From positions 1 through 63,929 of the forward strand of contig DATDCV010000500.1 of assembly GCA_036524155.1 (NCBI GenBank): DNA of 63,929 bases. Direction: 5' to 3'. Of this stretch, positions 39,651-49,832 are shown in pieces. Numbering within the stretch: the first letter of the stretch is position 1; each line of letters begins with the position of its first letter. The stretch comes from Verrucomicrobiia bacterium (GTDB taxonomy: Bacteria > Verrucomicrobiota > Verrucomicrobiia > Limisphaerales > UBA8199). Made by a program: the position numbers and the translations under genes. Below the pieces are notes generated by a model, which was not told the origin of the DNA, ran no database searches, and saw only the letters and a program-made list of their open reading frames with translations.

Positions 39651-40994
39651 TTACACCAGCTTGGTCTGGCCCGGGATAGCGACGGGGTAGATCCCGTCGG
39701 CGCCCGGTTTCACGGGCGGTTCCGTGTTCATCGTGATCTCACCCTGTGGCGGGAAGGCAAACTTCGAATCCAGCGCTTCTTTCCACGTGATCTTCTGCCC
39801 GGAATAGACCGCCATCTGGCCCAGCACCGTCGCCATGGTCGAATCGGCCAGAACTTTCGCGCGCTGAAACGGTTTGCCCGCGCGGATGGATTGCAGAAAC
39901 TCCAGGTGCTCCTGCTCGTAGGGCGACTTCTTCGACAACGCCGCATCCGCGCGCCAGGTCACCTTGCCTTTGAGGTCGGTGAGATACGGCCGGTCAAAGG
40001 CCGCGAAGTGACACCGGCCCTTGGTGCCGTGGAACACGTCACGATTGTAGCCAAAACAGCCTGTCGCCGTCCGGCACGACCCGTAGATGCAGCGGCCGTC
40101 GGGATACTGGTAGGTGACATGGTGATGGTCGAACGACGTCCCCATCGATGCCTGGAAATGCGTCGAGCGCCCGCCCATGCCGTAGGCCGCCTCCGGCATA
40201 ACGTCGCCCAGCGCCCACAACGCGGAGTCGAGATTGTGGATTAGCGACTGGGGCACGTCGTCCCCGGAGAGCCACGTGAAGTGATACCAATTGCGAAACT
40301 GATACTCCATTTCGCTCCATTCCGGCTGGCGGTCAATCAGCCGGTAAGGCCCGCGCAGGTAGTCGCACTGAATCGCCACGATGTCGCCGATCTCGCCCGC
40401 CTGGATCCGCTGGATCGCCTCGCGCCGGCCCAAGTGATAACGGTAGGTCACGCCCGCGAGCACTCCCGTCCCGTTCTTCCTGGACAATTCGTCGGTTTGC
40501 AGAATCTTCTCGATCCCGGCGATATCCACCCCCGCGGGTTTCTCCACAAACACGTGCTTTTTCGCCTGCGCCGCCGCCAGCGCACATTCCGGATGGAAGC
40601 GCGACGCGCAGGCGATCAGCACCACGTCGCAGTTTTCGATCACGCCCCGAAACCCGTTCAGTCCGCTGAATTGCCGATCGCCCGGGACCTGGATCCGCTC
40701 CGGAAACATCGGCGTCAGCGTCTTGATCGCTCCTTCAATCTTATCCGGGAAGATGTCGGCCGCTGCCCAGAGCTTCGTGCCCGGGTCGCTCGTCAACGCG
40801 TCTCCTGCCGCGCCGGTGCCGCGTCCCCCGCAGCCCACCAGGCCGAGCTTGAGCGTGCTGCTTTCCGCCGCGTGGGCGAACCGGCCTACGTCTAATGTGC
40901 CGATCAACGCCGTCCCCGCCACCGCGGCTGAGGTCCGGAGAAAGTCCCGGCGGTTGCCGGCGGTGGTTTTGATCTTTTGTGCGGTATCCTTCAT
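39651..40994 (-). CDS. Tat-exported Gfo/Idh/MocA oxidoreductase
   Basis: NRRDFLRT; GLVGCGGRGTGA; HVFVEKP; RNWY.F.WLSGD; H.LD. Confidence 0.92.
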   Translation of the reverse strand: MKDTAQKIKTTAGNRRDFLRTSAAVAGTALIGTLDVGRFAHAAESSTLKLGLVGCGGRGTGAAGDALTSDPGTKLWAAADIFPDKIEGAIKTLTPMFPERIQVPGDRQFSGLNGFRGVIENCDVVLIACASRFHPECALAAAQAKKHVFVEKPAGVDIAGIEKILQTDELSRKNGTGVLAGVTYRYHLGRREAIQRIQAGEIGDIVAIQCDYLRGPYRLIDRQPEWSEMEYQFRNWYHFTWLSGDDVPQSLIHNLDSALWALGDVMPEAAYGMGGRSTHFQASMGTSFDHHHVTYQYPDGRCIYGSCRTATGCFGYNRDVFHGTKGRCHFAAFDRPYLTDLKGKVTWRADAALSKKSPYEQEHLEFLQSIRAGKPFQRAKVLADSTMATVLGQMAVYSGQKITWKEALDSKFAFPPQGEITMNTEPPVKPGADGIYPVAIPGQTKLV

Positions 40995-41068
40995 AGCTTT
41001 GTCCTTCGGTTGGTAAATGTGGAGTTCAGCTTATGCCGCTGGCCGAATCGTTCCAGCAAAAATAAGGG

Positions 41069-41180
41069 GTGCCCCCTCAGTCTTGGCTCGGAGCGCCGAG
41101 TTACACTCGGCTTACGATTGGCGGTCGGCTCGCTTAAGCCGATTAGAAATCAGCGCTCCGACCCAAGACCGAGGCGATAC
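41069..41180. mobile_element. MITE family A, copy 4
   Basis: 112 bp, GTGCC...GATAC, TSD AATAAGGG on both sides. Confidence 0.9.
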
Positions 41181-41305
41181 AATAAGGGTGTGTTTGCGCT
41201 TGCCAGCGCGCGCCCGGCTGTGAACATACTCAGCCAGGCTCTGTTCCCACCACCAGGGCTCAGGAACCCGCGGTTCTCCAGTGAGGACCTTGCTCAAATC
41301 GTCGT

Positions 41306-43717
41306 ATGTACTTGCGCAATTTATTCACGACCGGGCTGGGCGTCCGGATTGCAGGCGCCCTCGCGATCTTGATCGGCACCTCCTGGCTTCTGCTCTGGCT
41401 AACGGGCATCGCTGCGCACTGGTCCGCCGAAGGCGTCCTCGTCGTGAAAACGAACATGGCGCTAAGCCTGGTGCTCGCCGGCACGGCTCTTCTCCTGCTG
41501 GCGCCGACCGCGCTGCGCCCGCTTCGCCGGCGTCTGGGCCTGCTTGGGGCCGCGGTTGTCTTCCTCATTGGCGCGCTGACGCTCAGCCAGCACTTGTTTG
41601 GCTATGACCTCGGTATGGACCAACTGCTGGCCAGTGAGCCCCCTGGCTCTGCCGCCCCCACAAGTCCAAACCGTATTGGCCCGCCGGGTTCGCTCAGCCT
41701 TGTGTTGCTCGGCGCCGCACTGCTGCTTCTGCCTTCCCGCCGCTCCGTCATAGCCTCCTGGCTCGGATTGGCGGTCTGCATCACCGATCTCGTCCCGGCC
41801 GTGGGCTTCCTCTATGGCATCACCGATTTCTACCGCCCTCCCCAGATGACCGGCATATCGTGGTGGAGCGTGCTGGCGCTGGTCTCCCTGGGTTTGGGAC
41901 TGCTCGTGGCCCGGCCGGCGCAGGGGCCCGCAGCTCAATTCCTGCGCGATGATCCCGGCGGCGTTCTCCTGCGCCGGCTGTGGCCTGCGGTCGTGATCAT
42001 CCCGCTGATCCTCGGGTTTCTGAAGGTCCTCGGCCGGGATAGAGAGCTGTTCGGCACCGCCTCAGGGACTGGCATGCTGGTCATCGCGCTAGTTTTGGTC
42101 TTTTCGGTGCTGCTCTGGACAAGCGCGGCGCATTTGAGCCGAACGTCTAGCGCCCAGGCGAGGGCCGAGGAAAAGCTGCGCGCCAGCAACGAACGTTTCG
42201 AACTCGCCATGCGGGGAGCGGGTGTCGGCTTATGGGATTGGAACATCCACACCGGCAAGGTCTACTACTCACCCAGATGGAAAGAGCTTTTTGGCTACGC
42301 GCAACACGAGATCGGTGAGTCCTTGGAAGACTGGGTGCGGCTCCTGCATCCGGAGGAGAAGGAGCGGATCTGCAAGTTGCTGGAAGACTTCCTCGCCGGC
42401 ACAGGCCAAACAGTCACGGCCGAATACCGGCTGCGCCACAAAGACGGCTCCTACCGCTGGATCGAGGCGCGCGCAGTGGTGGTAAGGGATCAGAACGGCC
42501 AGGCCTGCCGGCTGGTTGGATCGCACGGGGACATCACCGCCCGCAAGCAGGCCGAGGAGGCGCTCCGGGATAGCGAGAGCCGGGCGAAGGTTGCCCAGGC
42601 AATGAAGGCGGAGCGGCAGCGCTTCTATGACGTGTTGGATACTCTCCCGGCCTACGTCGTGTTGTTGTCGCCGGATTATCACGTGCCTTTCGCCAACCGC
42701 TTCTTCGAAGAACGGTTCGGCAAGTCGAACGGAAAACGGTGTTTCGAATATCTGTTTAATCGAATTGACCCGTGCGAGAATTGCGAGACGTACACGGTGC
42801 TTAAAACCAACGCTCCTCATAACTGGGAATGGCTCGGGCCGGATGGCCGCAATTACGAGATCCACGATTTCCCGTTCACGGACGCGGATGGCTCGCAAAT
42901 GATCATGGAGGCGGGAATCGATATAACCGCGATGGTGAAGGCGCAGGCGGCCCTGAAAGACGCGAACGAGAGGCTGGAAGAGCGGACCGCGAAACTGCAG
43001 GAACTGGTCGGTGAGCTGGAGCATTTTTCCTACACCATCACCCACGATATGCGGGCCCCGCTGCGGGCAATGATGGGCTTCGCGGAGGTGGTGGGCGAAC
43101 TGTGCGCCGAGTGCGCGCAAGTCCAGCAAAAGGACTTCCTGCGGCGCATCGCCACGTCGGCGCGGCGCATGGACCTGTTGATTACCGACGCGCTCAACTA
43201 CAGCCGCGCGGTGCGGCAGCAGTTGCCTTTGGCGCCGGTCGATGTCGGTGCGTTGTTGCGCGGCATGCTCGACTCGTATCCGGAACTGCAGGCGTCGAAA
43301 GCGCGGATCCGGATCGATGGTGCGATCCCGCAAGTGATGGCAAACGAGGCGGGGCTAACACAGTGCTTTTCCAATTTGCTGGACAATGCGGTGAAGTTTG
43401 TGGAGCCGGGGAAGGAACCGAACGTACGGATCTGGGCGGAGCATGGAGATGGGACGGTGCGGATTTGGGTGGAGGACAACGGCATAGGTATTTCAAAGAA
43501 CATGTTGCCGAGGATTTTCGACATGTTCTCCCGCGGTCAAAACCCCAACGCCGGAACCGGCATCGGCTTGGCGCTGGTGCGCAAAGTGGTGAACGCGATG
43601 GATGGAAAACTGGGGGTGGAGTCTGAAGTGGGAAAAGGAAGCCGATTCTGGGTCGAACTCAAAAGCGGGAACATTCGGCGCGCGGCGGCCGTGCGAGAGG
43701 CTCCTGACGGCTCCTAA
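41306..43717 (+). CDS. Membrane PAS-domain sensor histidine kinase
   Basis: Multi-TM N-terminus, two PAS/PAC domains, FSYTITHDMRAPLR H-box, NLLDNAVKF, DNGIG, GTGIGL. Confidence 0.93.
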   Translation: MYLRNLFTTGLGVRIAGALAILIGTSWLLLWLTGIAAHWSAEGVLVVKTNMALSLVLAGTALLLLAPTALRPLRRRLGLLGAAVVFLIGALTLSQHLFGYDLGMDQLLASEPPGSAAPTSPNRIGPPGSLSLVLLGAALLLLPSRRSVIASWLGLAVCITDLVPAVGFLYGITDFYRPPQMTGISWWSVLALVSLGLGLLVARPAQGPAAQFLRDDPGGVLLRRLWPAVVIIPLILGFLKVLGRDRELFGTASGTGMLVIALVLVFSVLLWTSAAHLSRTSSAQARAEEKLRASNERFELAMRGAGVGLWDWNIHTGKVYYSPRWKELFGYAQHEIGESLEDWVRLLHPEEKERICKLLEDFLAGTGQTVTAEYRLRHKDGSYRWIEARAVVVRDQNGQACRLVGSHGDITARKQAEEALRDSESRAKVAQAMKAERQRFYDVLDTLPAYVVLLSPDYHVPFANRFFEERFGKSNGKRCFEYLFNRIDPCENCETYTVLKTNAPHNWEWLGPDGRNYEIHDFPFTDADGSQMIMEAGIDITAMVKAQAALKDANERLEERTAKLQELVGELEHFSYTITHDMRAPLRAMMGFAEVVGELCAECAQVQQKDFLRRIATSARRMDLLITDALNYSRAVRQQLPLAPVDVGALLRGMLDSYPELQASKARIRIDGAIPQVMANEAGLTQCFSNLLDNAVKFVEPGKEPNVRIWAEHGDGTVRIWVEDNGIGISKNMLPRIFDMFSRGQNPNAGTGIGLALVRKVVNAMDGKLGVESEVGKGSRFWVELKSGNIRRAAAVREAPDGS

Positions 43718-43762
43718 CGTCGACCCCAGCGTCGCGCGCACCGTGCGCGCATTGGCGGCCTG

Positions 43763-43862
43763 GTATCAACCTCAGGTCGGAGCGCCGAGTTGCACTCGGC
43801 TTCGAACTGGGCTTACCTGCGGCGATCGGTTCACTTAAGCCGATTAAAAATCGACGCTCCGC
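43763..43862. mobile_element. MITE family A, copy 5 (degenerate)
   Basis: GTATC start, GTCGGAGCGCCGAGTTGCACTCGGC and GCCGATTAAAAATCGACGCTCCG retained; right end eroded, no TSD. Confidence 0.7.
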
Positions 43863-43972
43863 CGACGGTCCTGACTTTACGGCCGGCCTTGCATTGCGCG
43901 CTCACAAGTTTGCCTTGACAAAAGCCCAACCCTCCTTAGGTAATGATGGGCAGCCAACGTTAAAGGGAAAGT

Positions 43973-44398
43973 ATGCCGCCTGGACCATCCAGCGTGTTGT
44001 ACGTGGAAGATGAAGAGAGCGACCGGCTCCTCATGCAGCGGGCTTTCATGAGCGCGGGCATGGGAGAGACGTTGCGGATGGTCGAGGACGGACAGGCCGC
44101 TGTAGACTATTTGTCCGGCACCGGGAAATACGCCGAACGAACGCAGTATCCCCTGCCGGCGTTGGTGCTGCTGGATTTGAATCTGCCGGAGTTATCAGGT
44201 TTTGAGGTGCTCAAATGGACCAGGAGTTTGCCCCACCTGCAGGGTCTCCCGATCGTGGTATTTTCTTCCTCGTCGCTGCCGGAGGATCGCGCGAAAAGCA
44301 TGGCTCTCGGCGCCAATGATTACCTGGAAAAGCCGCGGTCCGGCCTGATGTTCAGGACCGTCGCACGCGAACTGAAGGAGCGATGGCTGAGCTGTTGA
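43973..44398 (+). CDS. Single-domain response regulator
   Basis: VEDEE, LLDLNLP (phospho-Asp), SSS, KP. Confidence 0.93.
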   Translation: MPPGPSSVLYVEDEESDRLLMQRAFMSAGMGETLRMVEDGQAAVDYLSGTGKYAERTQYPLPALVLLDLNLPELSGFEVLKWTRSLPHLQGLPIVVFSSSSLPEDRAKSMALGANDYLEKPRSGLMFRTVARELKERWLSC

Positions 44399-44433
44399 GA
44401 TTTTGGACCGGGTGCTATTCGAACTTGACCACC

Positions 44434-46017
44434 ATGAAAACCAATGAAACCTCAGCTTGTTTGAACCGGCTGTCCTCGTGCGGTTGTTGTCCCCTGAGCC
44501 GGCGGTCGTTTCTTAAGAAAGGCAGCGCTGCGTGCTTGACTACCTTGGGTGCCTGGTCTGGCCCCGCGATGTTCGGCGCCTCCGCTCCGGCGGGCAAGCC
44601 TCGCATCCGGATCGTCTATGTCCTGTTCGCCCCCAGGCAACCGCGCCCCACCTGGCCGCACATCGGCTTCGATTTCGTGCCGGTCATGAACCGTCTCGAG
44701 GCGGAACTGGCCAAACAATGCCCGAAATTCCAGTTCGTGACCGCCATGGCCAGCACGGAACAGGAAGCCGTAAAAATCTTGAAGGAAGACCAGGCAGCCA
44801 ACATTGACGGATACCTGGTCTACCAAATGAACAATTGGCCGCGGGTGGTGCAAACCATCGCCTCCTCCGGCAAGCCGGTGTTGTATGCCGATTTCACCTA
44901 TGCCGGCACCGGCGGGTTCCTGTCCTACAACGCCGCTTTGTTGCGGGTTCCTTCTCCCAACGTGGGCTTTGTTTCCTCCTCTGACCTGCAGGATCTCATC
45001 GAGGCGGTGAAATGCTTTGACCTCATTCGCCAGGGACGGCCGGCTTCCGAGTTTGTCGCGGCCACGGCCCGGGTGCGGCAACAGCGCACCGCCAAAGCTG
45101 GCACACACAAATGGGCCGACGATCCGGTCCGCTGTCTGCCCGCTTCCGAGTGCGTCAGCCGCATGAAAGAGTCGAAGATCCTCGCTCTGCGGGACCAGCA
45201 ATCCGGCCCGGCTACCGCGATCATGGGCATCCCGATTTCCTACGTGCCGTTTGGCGAATTGAACGATCTCGCCCGGACGGCTGATCCCGATGAAGTCCGC
45301 GCCTGGGCAGACCGGTGGGAAAAAGGGGCGCAGCGGGTTGAGGGGGTCACGCGCGAAACGATCGAGAAATCCGCGGCCATGTACCTTGGCCAAAAGGCCC
45401 TGATGAAAAAGCACGGCGCCAACGCCATCACCATCAATTGCCTCGGCGGGTTCTACGGCAACCACCTCAATGCGTATCCCTGCCTGGGCTTTTGCCAGTT
45501 GGTCGACGACGGCTTGGTAGGCGCCTGCGAATGCGATATCCGTTCTACCGCCGCCATGGTGGCCATCACCACCCTGACTCAAGGCCGGCCCGGCTATATT
45601 TCTGACCCGGTGATGGACTCCGCCAAACGCGAAATTATTTACGCCCATTGCGTCGCGCCGACCAAAGTTTTCGGCCCTTCAAGCCGGGCGGTTCCCTATC
45701 AAATACTGACCCATTCGGAGGACCGCCAGGGCGCCTCCCTCCGCTCTCTCCTGCCTGTGGGTTATCTTACCACCACCGTCGAATTCGAGCCGAAACGCAA
45801 AGAAATCATGCTGCACCAGGCCACGGCCGTCGGCAACGATCCCAACGACCGCGCTTGTAGAACCAAACTCCGCGCGCAACCGTTGGGCGATTTCGAAAAG
45901 CTCTTTACCATGTGGGATGTCTGGGGCTGGCACCGGGTCACGTTTTACGGCGACCTCAAGGAACCCATCCACGCGTTGGCGGACACGGTGGGGTGGAAGA
46001 TAGTCCCAGAAACATGA
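44434..46017 (+). CDS. Tat-exported protein with L-fucose/L-arabinose isomerase-like C-terminal fold
   Basis: SRRSFLKK; AITINCL, YPCLGF..L.D.G..GACE.D, ISDP, AHC, CRTK, HRV..YGD. Confidence 0.7.
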   Translation: MKTNETSACLNRLSSCGCCPLSRRSFLKKGSAACLTTLGAWSGPAMFGASAPAGKPRIRIVYVLFAPRQPRPTWPHIGFDFVPVMNRLEAELAKQCPKFQFVTAMASTEQEAVKILKEDQAANIDGYLVYQMNNWPRVVQTIASSGKPVLYADFTYAGTGGFLSYNAALLRVPSPNVGFVSSSDLQDLIEAVKCFDLIRQGRPASEFVAATARVRQQRTAKAGTHKWADDPVRCLPASECVSRMKESKILALRDQQSGPATAIMGIPISYVPFGELNDLARTADPDEVRAWADRWEKGAQRVEGVTRETIEKSAAMYLGQKALMKKHGANAITINCLGGFYGNHLNAYPCLGFCQLVDDGLVGACECDIRSTAAMVAITTLTQGRPGYISDPVMDSAKREIIYAHCVAPTKVFGPSSRAVPYQILTHSEDRQGASLRSLLPVGYLTTTVEFEPKRKEIMLHQATAVGNDPNDRACRTKLRAQPLGDFEKLFTMWDVWGWHRVTFYGDLKEPIHALADTVGWKIVPET

Positions 46018-46154
46018 TCCGATTCTGTGATGGGCCCGGCGCGTTGTGGCCATCGCCCGCGAACAACTGCTACGCCACGCCCGGGCCTTGCCAAAAGTTG
46101 ATTCAGAAGCCCCTTTGAAACCCTCCTGGGATCACACCGAAGGCAACCGTAAGC

Positions 46155-46394
46155 CTAATTGCGTGATACGTCCTCGATCAGACGTGCTTTGTTGGCCGCC
46201 AGGTATTCCTCCATGATTTCGATTCTGCTCATCTGGGCTCTTCTCATCTGCCCCAACTCTTTGAGCATCTTGTAATGAACCAGCATCTTTCCAAGCTCGA
46301 TTATTTGAACATGGACATCCTTGGTTTTCCAGATTTGTCCCTTGGCTAATGCCGGTCGGCTTCGGCCGGCGGTCTTCTTGGTTCGGATACGCAC
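46155..46394 (-). CDS. Small basic hypothetical protein
   Basis: LAKGQIWK...QIIELGK.LVHYKM globular segment; GTG start at 46394 preferred. Confidence 0.7.
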   Translation of the reverse strand: MRIRTKKTAGRSRPALAKGQIWKTKDVHVQIIELGKMLVHYKMLKELGQMRRAQMSRIEIMEEYLAANKARLIEDVSRN

Positions 46395-46480
46395 CAGCCA
46401 GTATAGCCTAACTTTGCAGATCCGCCAAACTACCAAATGGGTTGCTCATCTTCCGCGCCGCGCTTACCCTTGCTCATAGC

Positions 46481-46750
46481 GTGAACGAACCACCCTCAGG
46501 ATCAGATTCCAAGCTTTGCCCGGTTTGCGGGACCAAAATCGCGTTTTCTCTCGCGTTACACATGATGGCCGCCCATTCCCCCGATGCCAAAGCAAGGACC
46601 GCGATGATGTCCGAAGGGACTTTGCCCTACGGCCAGGTGTCGGCTCATCAACAGGCACGGTCAACGCGTCCATCACGTTCGAAAGGGCCACACCACACCC
46701 GCAGAGGCAAGTCGCGACACAGGGGACAGCAGGGAAGAAGAAGACGCTGA
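46481..46750 (+). CDS. Small putative C2H2 zinc-finger protein with Arg-rich tail
   Basis: CPVC-x10-H-x4-H and RRGKSRHRGQQGRRRR; divergent from the previous gene. Confidence 0.5.
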   Translation: MNEPPSGSDSKLCPVCGTKIAFSLALHMMAAHSPDAKARTAMMSEGTLPYGQVSAHQQARSTRPSRSKGPHHTRRGKSRHRGQQGRRRR

Positions 46751-46959
46751 AGTTGTTGGATTCTGACTCCATCTCTCGCCGTTGCCACCTCATTCGCCTC
46801 GCCGGCAGGCCACAGGCGGCAGTGGCTGAATACAAAAGGGCGGAGGAGCCCAATCCTCCGCCGGATCAAATCACTTCCGATCCTGAAATCAGCAACATTT
46901 TCGAGGCCCGGTCACAACGCCCGTGCCGGGCGATCCGCTCCCTTCGTTTTGAGGTGAAC

Positions 46960-49209
46960 TCACCTGCACCTCACTAACACTCGCAGGCGCTTGGCGGTGT
47001 AGGAACCCGCATTGCCCGCAAAGGTCCAGTCGGGGTTGCCCTGCGGTTGGTTGCCGATCCCCAGATCGGCCCGGCTCCCCTCGCGCCAATGGTTTAGCGC
47101 AAACAGGGTCTGTCTGGCGTCGTGGTTATGGACCTGCATCGAGCCATAGCCATCGGCGGGCTCCGCCGGTTCATCGCCGAAATCGTAAACTTGGGCCGAG
47201 GCATTCGGAACGTTGCCGGCATTGCCGGGGCCATAGTTGTTTGGCCAGAACTCGATGTTCCCTCCCGCCAGGCCGGTGCCGCTCACAATGCCTTTGACGT
47301 TGGAATACACGATCAGGTTGGCTACCGCCTGCTGGAAATGACCGCCAGACTGGAGAGTGGGTACCCCAATCTTCTCCAGGCTATCCGTGAAAGCATCCAT
47401 GGAAACATACAAATACCGGGTGTCACCGTCCGTGCCCAGAAGTTCGAGGAAATAGGCGATGCGATCGAATTTGCGGGTCACTCCGGAATGGTCATCCACG
47501 TCGTAGTTGACGCCGGATCCGAGTTTGTTCAGGTCGAGGTCATAGACCAGTTGGTAGTCCCTGGCTTCCGGCACCTTCAGGACAAGCAGATCCCGCTTAG
47601 GGACGGCTCCAGCCCGGAAAGCGCCGGCGGGCAGGCCCGCGGAATTAATCAGGTTGGGCTCGGCCAGCATGCTCCAGGCGAAACGCATCGCCACCGGGCG
47701 CTTTACCTCGGGGGCGGAAAGCACAACGGCGGCGCCTTCGATGCGCGCCTCGGCTTTCACAAAACCGCCCTCGTCCGCGTCGATGATCTCAAACCAGTTC
47801 AACGGCTGGCCGTCGCGGCTGGCCAGGCCCCCTGCGACCTGGTCGAATGTCAACCGGAGTTTGTCACCCTCGAGTTTCATCGACTGAAAAACCGGACCGG
47901 AACAAACGGCTTCCTGGCGGCGATAGGTTCTGGCCAGCGCCAGCAACGCCAGGCGCCGGCCCACTTCCTGTTTGTTGGTCGGATGGATATCTTTGAGATT
48001 GCCGATGTCGTTGATCACGGCCATCCCCGCGTTGGGAATAGTGGTCGCCGCGGCCACCTGCGCCTCCCAAAGCTCGGGGACGCGTTCAACATTGCCGCCG
48101 TAATCGAACGGGGCGATTTGGACAAAATAAAACGGGAAGTCGCCCTGCCCCCAGACGCGGCGCCAGCCGCCCACCAAGGCCTTCATCCGTTCGCAATAGA
48201 GCATGCCTTCGCCCAGGTTGGACTCACCCTGGTACCAGATCGCCCCGCGCAGTGCAAAGGGACAAAGAGGATGGATCATGCCGTTGTACAGGGCCGTGGC
48301 GTTCTGCAGATCATGCGGCGGCAGCAGTTCCGCCGGGTAGGTGGGCATCTGAGGCACCAGCGCACGATCCGCCATGGCTTTGCGGGCGGCCGCGAGCCAT
48401 TGCTCGGTGTCGCCGATAACCTGATCCAGGCGCTGCCGGTGGGGTGCGGCGCGGGGATCGCCAAGTTGCACCAAATCGTAATCGCGTTTAAGTGCCGGCA
48501 CGGCGGCAAATCCTTCCGGCGGTGTCCAGGATTCGATTCGCGTTCCACCCCAGGTCGCATCGATCAGCCCAACTGTCACGCCGAGCTGTTTATGCAGCTC
48601 GCGCCCAAAGAAGTAACCCGCCGCCGAAAACCCGCTCCACCCGCTTTCGGCAATCGTTTGTGGCGTGCAGACTTTCCAGCTCCCTTCGATGTCGTTTTGC
48701 GGCTGCGGCGTCCAACGGTTCGGAACCAGCAAAAGCCGAATTTCGGGGTAATTGGCTTCGGCGATTTCCTGCCGCCCGTTCTGCACCGCCCCGATGCCCA
48801 TTTCCATGTTCGATTGGCCCGAGCATAGCCAGACCTCGCCCACCATCACGTCTTCGCACTGAACTGCGTTCGATCCCGTGACCGTCAGCTTCAATGGTCC
48901 GGCGGCTTTCATCGCCGGCAGAACCACCTTCCACTCGCCTCGCTCATTTGCCTGGGCCTGTCTGGCTGCATCGGCCAGCCGCACGGTTACGTTCTCGCCG
49001 GGCTGCGCCCACCCCCAGATCGTAAGCGGCGTGTCCCTCTGGAGCACCATGTGGCTGGAGAAAACCCGCGGAAGCCGCACCTCGGCTTGGGCAGCCTGCT
49101 GGACCATGCCGCCAAGGGTCACGCAAGTCAGGATACAACCGATCCCGCGAGCCAATTTTTTGCCATGCATAAACTTCGTCGTCCCCACGCCCGTGGTTTT
49201 AGCCACCAT
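46960..49209 (-). CDS. Sialate O-acetylesterase (SASA) family protein with extra C-terminal domain
   Basis: GEVWLCSGQSNM, WGGT.IE.W, WYQGESN, DIHP.NK; signal peptide; start may be 49170. Confidence 0.9.
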   Translation of the reverse strand: MVAKTTGVGTTKFMHGKKLARGIGCILTCVTLGGMVQQAAQAEVRLPRVFSSHMVLQRDTPLTIWGWAQPGENVTVRLADAARQAQANERGEWKVVLPAMKAAGPLKLTVTGSNAVQCEDVMVGEVWLCSGQSNMEMGIGAVQNGRQEIAEANYPEIRLLLVPNRWTPQPQNDIEGSWKVCTPQTIAESGWSGFSAAGYFFGRELHKQLGVTVGLIDATWGGTRIESWTPPEGFAAVPALKRDYDLVQLGDPRAAPHRQRLDQVIGDTEQWLAAARKAMADRALVPQMPTYPAELLPPHDLQNATALYNGMIHPLCPFALRGAIWYQGESNLGEGMLYCERMKALVGGWRRVWGQGDFPFYFVQIAPFDYGGNVERVPELWEAQVAAATTIPNAGMAVINDIGNLKDIHPTNKQEVGRRLALLALARTYRRQEAVCSGPVFQSMKLEGDKLRLTFDQVAGGLASRDGQPLNWFEIIDADEGGFVKAEARIEGAAVVLSAPEVKRPVAMRFAWSMLAEPNLINSAGLPAGAFRAGAVPKRDLLVLKVPEARDYQLVYDLDLNKLGSGVNYDVDDHSGVTRKFDRIAYFLELLGTDGDTRYLYVSMDAFTDSLEKIGVPTLQSGGHFQQAVANLIVYSNVKGIVSGTGLAGGNIEFWPNNYGPGNAGNVPNASAQVYDFGDEPAEPADGYGSMQVHNHDARQTLFALNHWREGSRADLGIGNQPQGNPDWTFAGNAGSYTAKRLRVLVRCR

Positions 49210-49540
49210 GCCGGAGGATAACCCGCAAAGTCAAGGAGGTGTCGGTTCATGCCGTATCGCCTCAGCCTTGGGTCGGAGCGCCGAGTTGCACTCGGCTTAA
49301 GCGCGCCGACGGCCGCGTGTAAGCCGAGTACAACTCGGCGCTCCGACCCAAGACTGAGAAGGTGTGAAAAAATTGACTAGCTTGGCACGCGGGGGATTGA
49401 AAACTTGTATCCTCGGGTGACGCCGAGTTGAATTTTTCAGCGCCGCGCCCCAGGTGTTACGTCGCGCCCAGCCATCGTCGAACTGCCCTGAGTGCTCAGT
49501 CCGCTTCTTTTTTGCGGTTTTTCATGATCGCCTGCGTTTT

Positions 49541-49832
49541 TTAGGCGGTGCTGGCCATTCGCCGCGCTCGCCAGACCAGCCGAATCCACTGCTGGATGTT
49601 ATAGGTCAGACAAACCCACAAGGTCTCCAGCTTCACCTTCAACAAGCCCCCAGATCCCCCGCGCCGGATGGTCCTCTTCGATCAAGCGCTCCGTATCCAC
49701 CGGCCTCATCATCATCTGGCGGCGATCCACCGGCTTAATCCGTGCTCTGGGGGCCGGCACTTGGCCCGCCGCTTTGGGCGGTGGGGCCGGCGTGGCTTCC
49801 AATCCCGGTAGCAGTTTGTTGCTCTCACTCAT
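49541..49832 (-). pseudogene. IS1182-family transposase remnant (N-terminus joined out of frame to C-terminus)
   Basis: DRRQMMMRPVDTERLIEEDHPARGIW in one frame; GLLKVKLETLWVCLTYNIQQWIRLVW* in another; RBS GAAAGGAG before ATG 49832. Confidence 0.82.

Noticed and set aside
47122..48828. 568-aa plus-strand ORF (similarly 19857-21554, 57263-58429, 61974-63167)
   Set aside because: Antisense shadows of well-supported genes.
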